This document shows positions 13,803 to 26,000 of a stretch of 64,000 nt of DNA, piece by piece. The notes under the pieces are model-generated. The model was not told where the DNA came from. It searched no databases and worked only from the letters and a program-made list of their open reading frames with translations. The position numbers were made by a program, and so were the translations under genes. The stretch's first letter is position 1, and the number at the start of each line of letters is the position of its first letter. Source of the DNA: Malacoraja senta (taxonomy: Eukaryota); the NCBI GenBank assembly GCA_038087875.1, contig CM075995.1, positions 9,240,001 to 9,304,000 on the forward strand, given 5' to 3'.

Positions 13803-14000
13803 TCTTCTTCTTCTTTTCGTGTCCATCTTGTCACTAATGTTGACCTCACTGTCATCGTCTGTCCTGAAAAGGACGCAAGCTTCCGGTGACAATCAGTGGA
13901 AGCCATCACTTGTCGCAATAGATGATGGTGGTAGCAGAATTAGCTCAGGATACTTCCAGTTTCCAGCCCCGCCACGTGGACGCTTTTGCTATGGGGCCAG
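13803..14000 (-). mobile_element. 198-bp ribozyme-headed, GAA-tailed retroposon (family B), inserted in a SINE
   Basis: TSD tacaggt at 13796 and 14001; (TTC)n at the left end; homologous to 55744-55941. Confidence 0.85.
13932..13998 (-). ncRNA. HDV/CPEB3-like ribozyme fold, family B
   Basis: Minus strand: GGCCCC-A-TAGCAAAA-GCG-TCCACGT-GGC-GGGGCT-GG-(P4 region)-CTAA-TTCTGCTA. Confidence 0.7.
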
Positions 14001-14245
14001 TACAGGTGCTGAATGTATGGAGTTTGTACGGTCTCACTGTGACCACGTGGGTTTTCTCCTGGTGCTCCTGTTTCCTCCCACACTCCAAAGACTTTACTAA
14101 TTGGCTTCAGTAAGTTGTAAAATTGTCCCTAGTGTGTGTAAGTTAGTGTATAGGGTGATTGCGCATTCGGTGGGCCGAAGGGCCTGTTTCCGCGCTGTAT
14201 CTCTAAAGTCTAAGTTCTGAAGAGACTCTGTCTCATGTGACATTA

Positions 14246-15837
14246 CAGTGCATTCAGAAAGTATTCAGACCCCTTCACTTTTTCCACATTTTGTTACGTT
14301 ACAGCCCTATTTTAAAATGGATTCAATTCATTTGTTTTTGTCATCAATATGCACACAATACTCCAGAATGAAGAAGCGAAAACAGGTATTTAGAATTTTT
14401 TGCAAAGTAATTAAAAAGAAATAACTGAAATATCACATTTACATAAATATTCAGAACCTTTGCTATGACACTCAAAATTGAGCTTAGGTCCATCCTGTTT
14501 CCATTGATTATCCTTGAGATGTTTCTGCAACTTGATTGGAGTCCACCAGTGGTAAATTCAATTGATTTAGACATGATTTGGAGAGGCACACACCTGTCTA
14601 TATAAGGTCCCACAGTTGACAGTGCATGTCAGAGCAAAAACCAAGCCATGAAGATGAAGGAATTGTCCGTAGACCTCCGAGACAGGATTGTGTCGAGACA
14701 CAGATCTGGGGAAGGGTATAAAACAATTTCTGCAGCATTGCAGGTCCCGAAAAGCACAGTGGCCTCCGTCATTCTTAAATGGAAGAACATTTGAACCACC
14801 AGGACTCTTCATCGAGCTGGCCGCCCGGCCAAACTGAGCAATCGGGGAAGAACCCCGATGGTCACTCTGACAGAGCTCCAGAATTCCACTGTGGAGATGG
14901 GAGAACCTTCCAGAAGGACAACTATATCTGCAGCACTCCACCAATCAGGCATTTATGGTAGAGTGGCCAGACGGAAGCCACTCCTCAGTAAAAGGCACAT
15001 GACAGCCCGCTTGGAGTTTGCCAAAAGGCATGAGAAACAAGATTCTCTGGTCTGATGAAGCCAAGATTGAAGCCAACTCTTTGGCCTGAATGCCAAGCGT
15101 CACGTCTGGAGGAAACCAGGCACCGCTCATCACCTGGCCAATACCATACCTACGGTGAAGCATGGTGGTGGCAGCATCATGCTGTGGGGATGTTTTTCAG
15201 CGGCAGGAACTGGGAGACTAGTCAGGATCGAGAGAAAGATGAACAGAGCAAAGCACACACAGATCCTTGATGAAAACCTGCTCCAGAGCATTCTGGACCT
15301 CAGACTGGGGTGGAGGTTCACCTTCCAACAGGACAATGGCCCTAAGCACACAGCCAAGACAACGGAGGAGTGGCTTCATGACAAGTCTGTGAATGTCCTT
15401 GAGTGGCCCAGCCAGAGCCCGGACTTGAACCCGATCGAACATCTCTGGAGGGACCTGAAAATAGCTGTGCATCGACGCTCCCCATCCAACCTGACAGAGC
15501 TTGAGAGGATCTGCAGAGAAGAATGGGAGAAATTACCCAAATACAGGTGTGCCAAGCTTGTAGCATCATACCCAAGAAGACTTGAGGCTGTAATCGCTGC
15601 CAAAGGTGCCTCAACAAAGTACTGAGCAAAGGGTCTGAATACTCATGTAAATGTGATATTTCAGTTATTTCTTTTTGATTTGTAAAAAATTCTAAACGCC
15701 TGTTTTCGCTTCTTTATTATGGGGTATTGTGTGTAGATTGATGATTTAAAAAAAAATGTAATCCATTTTAGAATAAGGCTGTAACGTAACAAAATGTGAA
15801 AAAAGTGAAGGGGTCTGAATACTTTCTGAATAGACTG
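14246..15837 (+). mobile_element. Full-length Tc1-like DNA transposon (DD34E) with disrupted transposase (about 14648-15625)
   Basis: TA at both flanks; long (about 200 bp) TIRs starting CAGTGCATTCAGAAAGTATTCAGACCCC; motifs [13 protein letters not shown] and [11 protein letters not shown] with 34 residues between D and E; frameshifts in the 5' half. Confidence 0.95.
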
Positions 15838-16495
15838 TACTTTGGTTCAGGACCAAGGTGCATTAGAGGTTGAACCTGCATTAATAATACCTTGAATAAT
15901 ACCTTGAAATAATAATACACTGCATTAATAATACACAGGAAATAACCCTGAAAATGTCACCACCATACAGGAATGTTTTCTCAGCTACTTGCATGAGTTG
16001 CCAATGTCGCCACTCATTGCAAGGAAGCTATGGGATAGGGATGGCAGAATCTTCCCATGGAAGTCAAGGGTCACACAGTTGAACAACGCAAGTGAAAGGC
16101 TGCTGCCTTGTGCAAAAGGACTCTTTTTGAATATAGAACAGTACAGCACAGGAACAGGCCCTTCGGCCCACACTGTTTGTGCCAAACATGATGCCGTTAA
16201 ACTGAACTCATCTGCCTGGGACTCAGACCAAGCATAATTGGGATTAATAGGACAGGGATGTAATGATCAGGCTTTATATGGCACTGGTCAGACTGCATTT
16301 GGAGTATTGTGAGCCGTTTTGGGCCCCATATATGAGGAAGGATGTTCTGTTGTTGGGGATGGTCCAGAAGAGGTTTACTAGAATGAATGAATGAATAAGT
16401 TTATTGGCCAAGTATTCACATACAAGGAATTTGCCTTGGTGCTCCACTCGCAAGTGACAACATGACATACAGTGACAGTTAAGAATGATACATAA

Positions 16496-17203
16496 TTTTT
16501 GAAATCTTTACAAAATTATTTAAAATAAAACTGATACCAAAAGCAGAATGGATTATCTTCGGAACAACGGAAGATAGTCCTGAACTAAATGTGTTTCTAA
16601 AGAAATTAATAGACTATGGGTTAATAACTGGAATAAAGTGAATCCTAAAATTCTGGAAAAACACTCCAATACCAACTATAAACATGTGGATTTCAAATAT
16701 GTTTGAAACATTACACCTAGAAGAGATAAGACTCCTCCTGGCAGGTAAACCAGATCACTTCCACCTGACGTGGTCTGTATTTATAGAATTATTACAAGTA
16801 TAGGGTGCAAAAGTACTTTAAAAAAAATAAAACTGAGGTCAGGTAAAGGGGGATGAAAGCTGGAGAGTTGGTATATCCCATTTGTGTGATGCTTATAGCA
16901 AAGTATTTGTTTTTCTCTTTTTCCCTCTTTCTCTTTTCTTTCTTCTTTAGGGTCTATCTCTTAATCCTTTCTTTTTAATTTCTTTTCTACAGGGTCTCTG
17001 TTCTTTCTTGTTGTCACGTTTTTACACCTTCACTATTTTCCTTCACTTTCTCTTTTTTCTTAATCTCAACTTTTCCTTTTTATCAGTGTAAAAAATGACG
17101 GAGTACATTAATTGTAATAATATATACGTGATGAGTACTAATGTAATTGGTTGTAATGTAATGTACTTCTAATAAATAAAAATAAAAAATAAAAAAATAA
17201 AAA
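16496..17203 (+). mobile_element. L1-clade LINE 3' end with polyA and 15-bp TSD
   Basis: TSD aagaatgatacataa at 16481 and 17204; AATAAA plus A-rich tail; homologous to 56278-56875. Confidence 0.82.
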
Positions 17204-18872
17204 AAGAATGATACATAAAACATTAAACATGAATAATAAAACAATAGAATGATCCCAAGGATGATTGGGTTAGCGACACTGGGCCTGTACTCGCTGGAGT
17301 TTAGAAGGATGAGGGGGAACCTCATTGAAAGTTACCGAATAGTGAAAGGCCTGGATATAGTGGATGTGGAGAGGATGTTTCCACTAGTGGGAGAGTCTAG
17401 GACCAAGATTCAAGATTCAAGAGAGTTTATTGTCATGTGTCCCAGATAGGACAATGAAATTCTTGCTTTGCTTCAACACAACAGAATATAGTAGGCATAA
17501 ATAAATACAGAACAGATCAGATCAGTGTGACCATATACCAATGAATATATATACACACACATAAATAAACAGATAAAGTACAATGGGTTATTAATGATCC
17601 AGAGGCCACAGCCTCAGAATAAAAGGATGTGCCTTTAGAAATATGAGGAGGAATTTCTTTAGTCTTTAAACATTACCGCTGCTCCACTAGTGTGTGTGAC
17701 TAATCCAGTTAAATATTTCTGGGCCGGTCGCAACATTTCCATGTATGTTGAGTGGCCTATTGTTGCATGAGATAACATCTACAACATGCTCAGTAGTTTT
17801 CATCTGAAAATGACGCTTCGAACCTACATTGATATTTGGTTGAAGTAGATCTTCATTGCTTTAGCTCGATTGTAGCAGTGCTATCTGCTTTTTGGATGAT
17901 AAACTTACTGAATGTCATATATGACGCTTACTGGAAATCCAGCCTACACCATACATAGGTGTTCACAGCAACAGCAGATACTGGCAATCCAGACATAGAA
18001 ACAAACAACTGCAGATGCTGGTTAATATATAAAAGGACACAAAGTGCTGGAGTAACTCAACAGGTCATGCAGCTTAGCTTAGAGATAAGACATGGAAACC
18101 AGCCCTTCGGTCCACTGAGTCCACGCTGACCATGATCACTAGTACACAATTTACAGAAGCCAATTAACCTACAAACCTGCACATCTTTGGAATGGGGGGG
18201 GGGAACCGGAGCACCCAGGGAAAACCCACGTGGTCACAGGGAGAACATGCAAACTCCGTACCCATAGTCAAGATTGAACCCGGATCTCTGGAGTTGTGAG
18301 TCAGCAACTCTATCGCTGCGCCACCGTGCCTGCCGCCCCTAAGCTTCTCTGGAAAACATAGATAGGTGACGTTTCGGGTCAGGACCTTTCTTCAGACATT
18401 GTATGGGGGCGGTCGGTGGGAGAGGAAGGACAAAGCGTGGCAGGTGAGAGGTGGGCGCAGGCGAGGGGGCTTTTTGATTGGCAGATGGTTGGAACAAAGG
18501 CCAGGGATTAGGGGGGAGGGGGGGGGGCAGCAGAATAATCAAGGACCAGTCACACCCCGGTCACTCCCTCTTCTCCCCTCTCCATCAGCCAAAAGGAACA
18601 GAAGTGTGAACATGAATACCTCTGGATTAAGGGACAGTTTCTTCCCAGCTGTTAGGAGGCAACTGAACCATCCTATCACCAACTAGAGAGCGGTCCTGAC
18701 CAACCTCATTGGAGATCCTCGGACTATCTTTGATCCGACTTTACTGGAAATTATCTTGCACTAAACGTTATTCCCTGTAACCTGTATCTGTACACTATGA
18801 ACGGCCTGATTGGAATCATGTATAGTCTTTCTACTGACAGGATAGCGCACAACAAAAGCTATTCACTGTACA

Positions 18873-20400
18873 TCTCCCAGATGTACTGGAGGACAGAGGG
18901 GGTAGAGGAACTGAAAGAAATTTTCATTAGGTGAGAAATAGTATTGGGTAAGCTAATGGGACTGAAGGATGATAAATCCCCTGGGCCGGATGGTCTGCAT
19001 CCCAGGGTCCTCAGGGAGGTGGCTCTAGAAATAGTGGATGCATTGGTGATCATTTTCCAATGTTCAATAGATTCAGGATCAGTTCCTGTGGATTGGAGGA
19101 TAGCTAATGTTATCCCACTTTTCAAGAAAGGAGCGAGAGAGAAAACGGGGAATTACAGACTAGTTAGCCTGACTTCAGTGGTGGGCAAGATGCTGGAGTC
19201 AATTATTAAAGAGGTAATAATGGGGCATTTGGATAGCGGTAAAAGGATTAGTCCAAGTCAACATGGATTTATGAAAGGGAAATCATGCTTGACTAATCTT
19301 CTGGAATTTTTTGAGGATGTGACAAATAAAATGGATGTAGGGGTGCCAGTGGATGTAGTGTATCTAGACTTTCAGAAAGCCTTTGATAGGATCCCGCACG
19401 GGAGACTGGTGACTAAAATTAGAGCACATGGTATTGGGGGTAGGGTGTTGACATGGATAGAAAATTGGTTGGCAGACCGAAAGCAAAGAGTAGGAGTGAA
19501 CGGGTCCTTTTCAGAATGGCAGGCAGTGGCGAGTGGAGTGCCGCAAGGCTCGGTGTTGGGGCCGCAACTGTTTACCATATATATTAATGATTTGGAAGAG
19601 GGAATTAGGAGCAACACTAGCAAGTTTGCGGATGACACAAAGCTGGGTGGCAGTGTGAACTGTGAAGAGGATGTTAGGAGGTTGCAGGGAGACCTGGACA
19701 TATTGAGTGAGTGGGCAGATACCTGGCAGATGCAGTATAATATAGATAAATGTGAGGTTATCCCCTTTGGCGGCAAAAACAAGGGGGCAGATTATTATCT
19801 CAATGCGGTTAGGTTAGGTAAGGGGAAGGTGCAGCAAACCCTGGGTGTCCTTGTACACCGGTCACTGAAAGTTGGCGTGCAGGTACAGCAGGCAGTGAAG
19901 AAAGCTAATGGAATGTTGGCCTTCATAACAAGAGGATTTCAGTATAGGAGTAAAGAGGTTCTTCTGCAGTTGTATAGGGCTCTGGTAAGACCACATCTGG
20001 AGTATTGTGTACAGTTTTGGTCTCCTAATTTAAGGAAGGACATCCTTGTGATTGAGGCAGTGCAGCGTAGGTTCACGAGATTGATCCCTGGGATGGCGGG
20101 ACTGTCATATGAGGAAAGATTGAAAAGACTAGGCTTGTATTCACTGGAGTTTAGAAGGATGAGGGGGGATCTTATAGAAACACCTATCTCCTTCGCTCCA
20201 TAGATGCTGCTGCACCCGCTGAGTTTCTCCAGCATTTTTGTGTACCTAAAATTATAAAAGGACTGGACAAGCTAGATGCAGGAAAAATGTTCCCAATGTT
20301 GGGCGAGTCCAGAACCAGGAGCCACAGTCTTAGAATAAAGGGGAGGTCATTTAAGACTGAGGTGAGAAAAAACTTTTTCTGCCAGAGAGTTGTGAATTTC
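18873..20400 (+). mobile_element. CR1 LINE RT fragment
   Basis: KSPGPDGLHPRVL through KFADD in ORF 18944..20203; interrupted at 20182 by a Penelope terminal piece. Confidence 0.95.
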
Positions 20401-21315
20401 AAGTCAAGTCAAGTCACGTTTTATTCGTCACTTGCACATTAAGTGCAGTGGAATGAATTTGCCAGCAGCGGTACAATAAAAAAAGAACACACAATGCACA
20501 ATAAAAATGTAACACAAACATCCACCACAGCATTCATCACTGTGGTGGAAGGCACAAAGTTTGGCCAGTCCACCTCCATTTTCCTCTGTGGTCAGGACCA
20601 CAACCCTCCGCAGTTGCCGCTGCGGGCGTCCAGATGTGCAGACAAGGTAAGTCCAGGTAAGTCCTGAATTGGTGCCTCCCCACCGGAGACCGCGGCTTCA
20701 AGATGCTGTAGGCCGTAGGCCAGCGGTCGAAGATCTAAAGTTCCCACCGCGCCGCAGCCAGAAGCATCGCAGACCGCAAGGCCGGCGGTCGGAGCTCCTC
20801 TCCAGGGATCCCCGGCGATGGTAAGTCCCCGCCGGACCCGCGGTAGAAGTAGGCCGCGGGCCAGGCCGGCGGTCGGAGCTCTTCTCCTCCGGGGTCCCCA
20901 ACGAGTGATCCCAGGCTCTGGACGCTGCGCCAACTGCAGCTCCGCAGTTTCAGGCTGCCGCGGGCCAGCGAACGGAGCGCTCTCCTCCGACGACGCCCCG
21001 GCGAGGGCTCGCCCGCTCCGCGACGAGAGTCCACGGTGCGCCCGCTGCTAAAGCCCCGGGCTCGTCTCCGGGAAAGGCCGCACCGATCCTCGATGTTAGG
21101 CCACTGGGGAGGTGACGTTGGAAAAAGTCGCCTCTCCGTGGAGGAGGCGACCGAAGCGGTTTCCCCGTTACCCCCCCACACCACCCCCCACACAAGACAC
21201 ACGGAGAGACATTAAAAACACACATTGAGACACACTAAACACACAAAAAAAGTAGAAAAAACAAACACGCTGCTGGCAGGGCTGCCGGCTCGCAACGCCC
21301 CCACCGACCGACCGG
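20400..21315 (-). repeat. GC/CpG-rich interspersed repeat with microsatellite tail; similar GC-rich repeats at 33090-33545 (+) and 59415-60050 (+)
   Basis: (CAAGT)n at the left end; the 33090 and 59415 copies share gggagaccg...tttaayggccgcggga...atcgcccgccgggggcttt and AATTG-type tails. Confidence 0.55.
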
Positions 21316-21829
21316 CAGGAATTCCCTGCCACAGAGGGCAGTGGAGGCCAAATCACTGGATGGATTTAAGAGAGAGTTAGATAGAGCTCTAGGGGCTAGT
21401 GGAGTCAAGGGATATAGGGAGAAGGCAGGCACGGGTTATTGATTGGGGACGATCAGCCATGATCACAATGAATGACGGTGCTGGCTCGAAGGGCCGAATG
21501 GCCTCCTCCTGCATCTATTTCCTATGTTTCTACGTGACAACAGGGTCATGACAAGAGGTGGCACGGTGGCGCAGCGGTAGAGTTGCTGCCTTACATCGCC
21601 AGAGATCCGGGATTGATCCTGACCATGGGGTGCTGTCGATACGGAGTCTGTACGTTCTCTCCGTGACAGTGTTGGTTTTCCCCGGGTGCTCTGGTTTCCT
21701 CCCACACTCTAAAGACACACAGCTTTGTAGGTAAAGATTGTAAATTGTCCCTAGTGTGTAGGATAGTGTACGGGGATCGCTGGTCAGCACGGACTCAGTG
21801 GACCAGTTTCCGCGCTTTATCTCTAAACT

Positions 21830-21995
21830 TCTTCTTATCGAGTCCACGTCAAGATTAGAGATTGTTCGGCCAGAGTGGAACACACTTCTCGGCATCTGCA
21901 GACAATGGTGTCGGTCTTGAGCTTCTTGGGCGTGGTGGTGGAAAGATTGGTGGAAACAGGGCCGCGATCGACGTGAACGCTCTTTCCTTTACCCC
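21830..21995 (-). mobile_element. 166-bp ribozyme-headed, GAA-tailed retroposon (family C), inserted in a SINE tail
   Basis: TSD atctctaaact at 21819 and 21996; (TTC)n at the left end. Confidence 0.8.
21940..21995 (-). ncRNA. Minimal HDV-like ribozyme fold, family C (decayed)
   Basis: Minus strand: GGGGT-AAA-GGAAAGA-GCG-TTCACGT-CGATCGC-GGCCCT-GTTTCCA-CCAA-TCTTTCC; perfect 7-bp P2. Confidence 0.6.
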
Positions 21996-22933
21996 ATCTC
22001 TAAACTAAACTAAATAAGATCTATAAAACTAAACAACATAATTATGAATAAGGGGTAAGCCATTTAGAACGGAGACGAGGAAACACTTTTTCACACAGAG
22101 AGTTGTGAGTCTGTGGAATTCTCTGCCTCAGAGGGCGGTGGAGGCCGGTTCTCTGGATACTTTCAAGAGAGCTAAATAGGGATCTTAAAGATAGCGGAGT
22201 CAGGGGATATGGGGAGAAGGCAGGAACTGATTGTGGGTGATCAGCCATGATCACAATGAATGGCGGTGCTGGCTCGAAGGGCCGAATGGCCTACTCCTGC
22301 ACCTATTGTCTATTGTCTAATCCCACACTCTGCAGGCAGACATGTCACAACCTTGCAGTGATAACACAATATACAAGTTGAAGTCAGAACAGTGAGCCAT
22401 TGGTGCAGTGGGAATTTTTTAATGGACAAAATATATTTCACATTGCCTTGTGTGTTAAATATCAAGTGTTAAGTAATTGTTATTCCACTTCCACAGTAAA
22501 ATGACCGTTCGAAAAAGGTTGACTTTTGTGTTTGGAAACATGATGTAAATGGCACTGGGTGATAATTAGCAAACAGTGAGTGCTCTGTACTTTGCATCCC
22601 ATTTCAGCAAACAATGAACCCTTTGAATGTTACATCTACATTGCACAAGTACTAACGTTAAATGCCATTGACTGGTCTATTAACAATTGTCAATCATGTT
22701 CACTTTTTGTGGGTTGCCAAAGAGTTAACTACTCTGATTTTAGTTAATAACCACCCAGAGAAACAGGTAAAGCAAAAGCATTGGCAAAAAGATCATGATT
22801 TGGTTGAAACTAGTGTAAACTATTTGATTGTCATCCTTGTTTCACCCCATCCTGCGTGGGTAGTGGTATCATCCAGTGGGATTATATGATTAGAGTAAAG
22901 CTTCCAACTCTGACCTCAGTTTCAGGTGCAAGC

Positions 22934-23089
22934 ATGGCTTCAACACTTCTGTCTGCAGTGTTTCATATCAGCTCTTTTGGATGGTATCTGCTTCTTGTAC
23001 ATTTGCTTCTCAACACTCACGCTGACCACTCACACACAGGAGTGTTCTTATACGCCGGTCAGTGGAAGTACCTCACCTTCCTCAACTTG
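22934..23089 (+). CDS. ADTRP: ADTRP coding exon 1: MASTLLSAVFHISSFGWYLLLVHLLLNTHADHSHTGVFLYAGQWKYLTFLNL
   Basis: AGCATGG Kozak context; donor TTG|gtaagt; possible acceptor tttcag| ending at 22925; contains Thr48. Confidence 0.92.
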
Positions 23090-26000
23090 GTAAGTCATTC
23101 TTTGCTCTACATCATTGTCCTGTTCAGTGAATGATCACGGAATGTGCATTTGTGGGGGGAGAGCGGTAGAGTTGCTGCCTTACAGCGCTCAACTCTCCCG
23201 GGTTTGGTCCTGACTACGGGTGCTGTCTGTACAGAGTTTCCTTGTGACCGCGTGGGTTTCCTCTGGTGCTCCAGTTTCCTCTCACACTCCAAAGACTAAC
23301 CCTAACCCTAATCCAAAGATGTACACGCTGGTAGGTTAACTGGCTTTGGCAAAATGGAAAATTGTCCCCAGTGGTTGGGGTAGTGTCAGTGTATTTTTCA
23401 CTGCTTTTCACTGTACCTCGGTACACTTGACAATAAACTAAACTAAACTGTAAGAGGTGATCGCTGGTCGGCACAGACTCGGTGGGCCGAAAGGCCTGTA
23501 ACCACACTGTATCCTTAAAGTCTAAATTCCAAAGAATAAGCAAGGAAAGAGAATGAGGTACATGGAATTACAGATGCTGGTTTACAAAAAAATACACAAA
23601 GTACTGGAGTAACTCAGCGGGTCAGGCAGCATCTCTGGAGAACATGGATAGGTGACATTTCGGATCGGGACCCTTCTTCAGTAGACAATAGATGCAGGAG
23701 TAGGCCATTCGGCCCTTCGAGCCACACCACCATTCAATGTGATCATGGATGATCATCCCCAATCAGTACCCCGTTCCTGCCTTCTCCCCATATTGCCCGA
23801 CTCTGCTATTTTTAAGAGCCCTATCTAGCTCTCTCTTGAAAGTATCCAGAGAACCTGCCTCCACCGCCATTTGAGGCGGAGAATTCCACAGACTCACAAC
23901 TCTCTGTGAGAAAAAGTGTTTCCTCGTCTCTGTTCTAAATGGCTTACCCCTTATTCTTAAACTGTGGCCCCTGGTTCTGGACTCCCCCAACATCGGGAAC
24001 ATGTTTCCTGCCTCTAGCGTGTCCAAACCCTTAACAATCTTATATGTTTCAATAGGATCCCCTCTCATCCTTCTAAATTCCAGAGTGTACAAGCCCAGCC
24101 GCTCCATTCTCTCAGCATATGACAGTCCCGCCATCCAGGGAATTAACCTTGAAAAACCTACGCTGCACTCCCTCAATAGCAAGAATGTCCTTCCTCAAAT
24201 TAGGGGACCTAATCTTCAGACTGATTGTGACTGAGGTTCTTGATTAGTATGGGTGTCGGAGGTTATGGGGAGAAGGAAAGAGAATGGGGTTGAGGGGGAA
24301 TGATAGATCAGCTATGATTGAGTGGTGGAGTAGACTTGATGGGCTGGATGGCCTAATTCTGCTCCGAGAACAGGGATTTAATTTTTTCCCAGAAAATATC
24401 CCAAATAAAGTAACCCCCATATTTGAAAAGTTCAACTTCCAAAATCCAAAGACATCGTTTGACAGTGATCACCAATAACTACTCAATTAGGAATGCCTTT
24501 ACACCTAACTGCACTGGCCCTAACATTGTTATGACATCATTAGCTTGTGTAACATCATAGCATGGCAGTGATTGGAATGCCAAGCCTGTCAATGAAGAAT
24601 GTTGCAAAGGATGAACTGTTGACGTTCTGGCTGCCCCATTACAGGAAAGATGTGGCTGCTTTGGAGAGGGTGCAGAGGTTCACTAGAATCATGCTTGTAT
24701 TAGAGGGTTTTGCATGCTTGTATTAGAGGGCATTAGAGGCATGCAACAAAAAAGCTTTTGTCCCGTGCTAACCAGTCAGTGGAAAGACAACACATGATTA
24801 CAATCGAGCCATTTACAGCGTACAGATACATGGTCAGGGAATAACGTTTAGTGCAAGGTAAAGGCAGTAACGTCTGATCAAAGATAGTGCGAGGGTCACC
24901 AGTGAGGTAAATGGTCGCTCAGGACTGCTCTCTGGTTGGAGTAAGATGGTTCAGTTGCCTGATAACAGCTGTGGGAAGGTGTTAAGGTGGCACAAAGGCT
25001 TCCACAGTCGGCTGTAGCTTGAAATTCTTTACACAATTCACTCCAGTACTGGTTTGCATAATGCCTGGCTGCTCTCTGTGTGGATACTTTTGCAAGAAAG
25101 CCTTTAGTTGCGTGGTTGCGTTCGGTTAAATACATCATATGCAGCACGGTGGTGCAGCAGTAGAGCTGCTGCCTCACAGCGCCAGAGACCCAGGTTCCAT
25201 CCTGATCTCGGGTGCTGTCTGTACGGAGTTTGTACGTTCTCCCCGTGACCTGCGTGGGTTTTCCCTGGGTGCTCTGGTTTCCTCCCACACTCCAAAGACG
25301 TGCAGGTTTGTAGGTTAATTGGCTTTTGTAAAAATATAAAATGTCCCAAGCGTATAGGATAGTGCTAGTGTACTGGGATGTACCGGTTGGCGTGGACTCG
25401 GTAGGCTGAAGGGCCTGTTTCCGCGCTGTATCTCTAGGGTCCAAAGGAACTCAGCGGGTCAGCCAGCATCTCTGGATAGGAGACGCTTCGGGTTGGGATC
25501 CTTCTTCAGTCACGGATCGCCGGTCAGCAATGTCTTGGTTTACAGTTTACAGTTTAGGTTATTGTCACGTGTACCCAGGTACAGTGAAAATCCTTTGTTG
25601 CGTGCTATCCAGTCAGCACAAAGGCAATACACAATCACAATCTAGCCATTTGTAGTGTATAGATACACGATAAGGGGATAACGTTCAGTGCATACAAACA
25701 TAGAAACATAGACAATAGGTGCAGGAGGGGGCCATTCGGTCCTTCGAGCCAGCACCACCATTCAATGTGATCATGGCTGATCGTCCCCTATCAATAACCT
25801 GTGCCTGCCATCTCCCCATATCCATTGACTCCACTAGCCCCTAGAGCTCTACCTAACTCTCTTAAATCCATCCAGTGACTTGGCCTCCACTGCCCTCTGT
25901 GGCAGGGAATTCCATAAATTCACAACTCTATGGGTGAAAAAGTTTTTTCTCACCTCAGTCTTAAATGAGCTCACCTTTATTCTAAGACTGTGGCCCCTGG

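Noticed and set aside
15938..16130. Open frame in unique DNA (...ECFLSYLHELPMSPLIARKLW...)
   Set aside because: No recognisable homology and no convincing splice sites.
21557..21630. tRNA-like sequences with A and B boxes
   Set aside because: SINE heads that continue into the central domain and LINE-derived tail; not tRNA genes.
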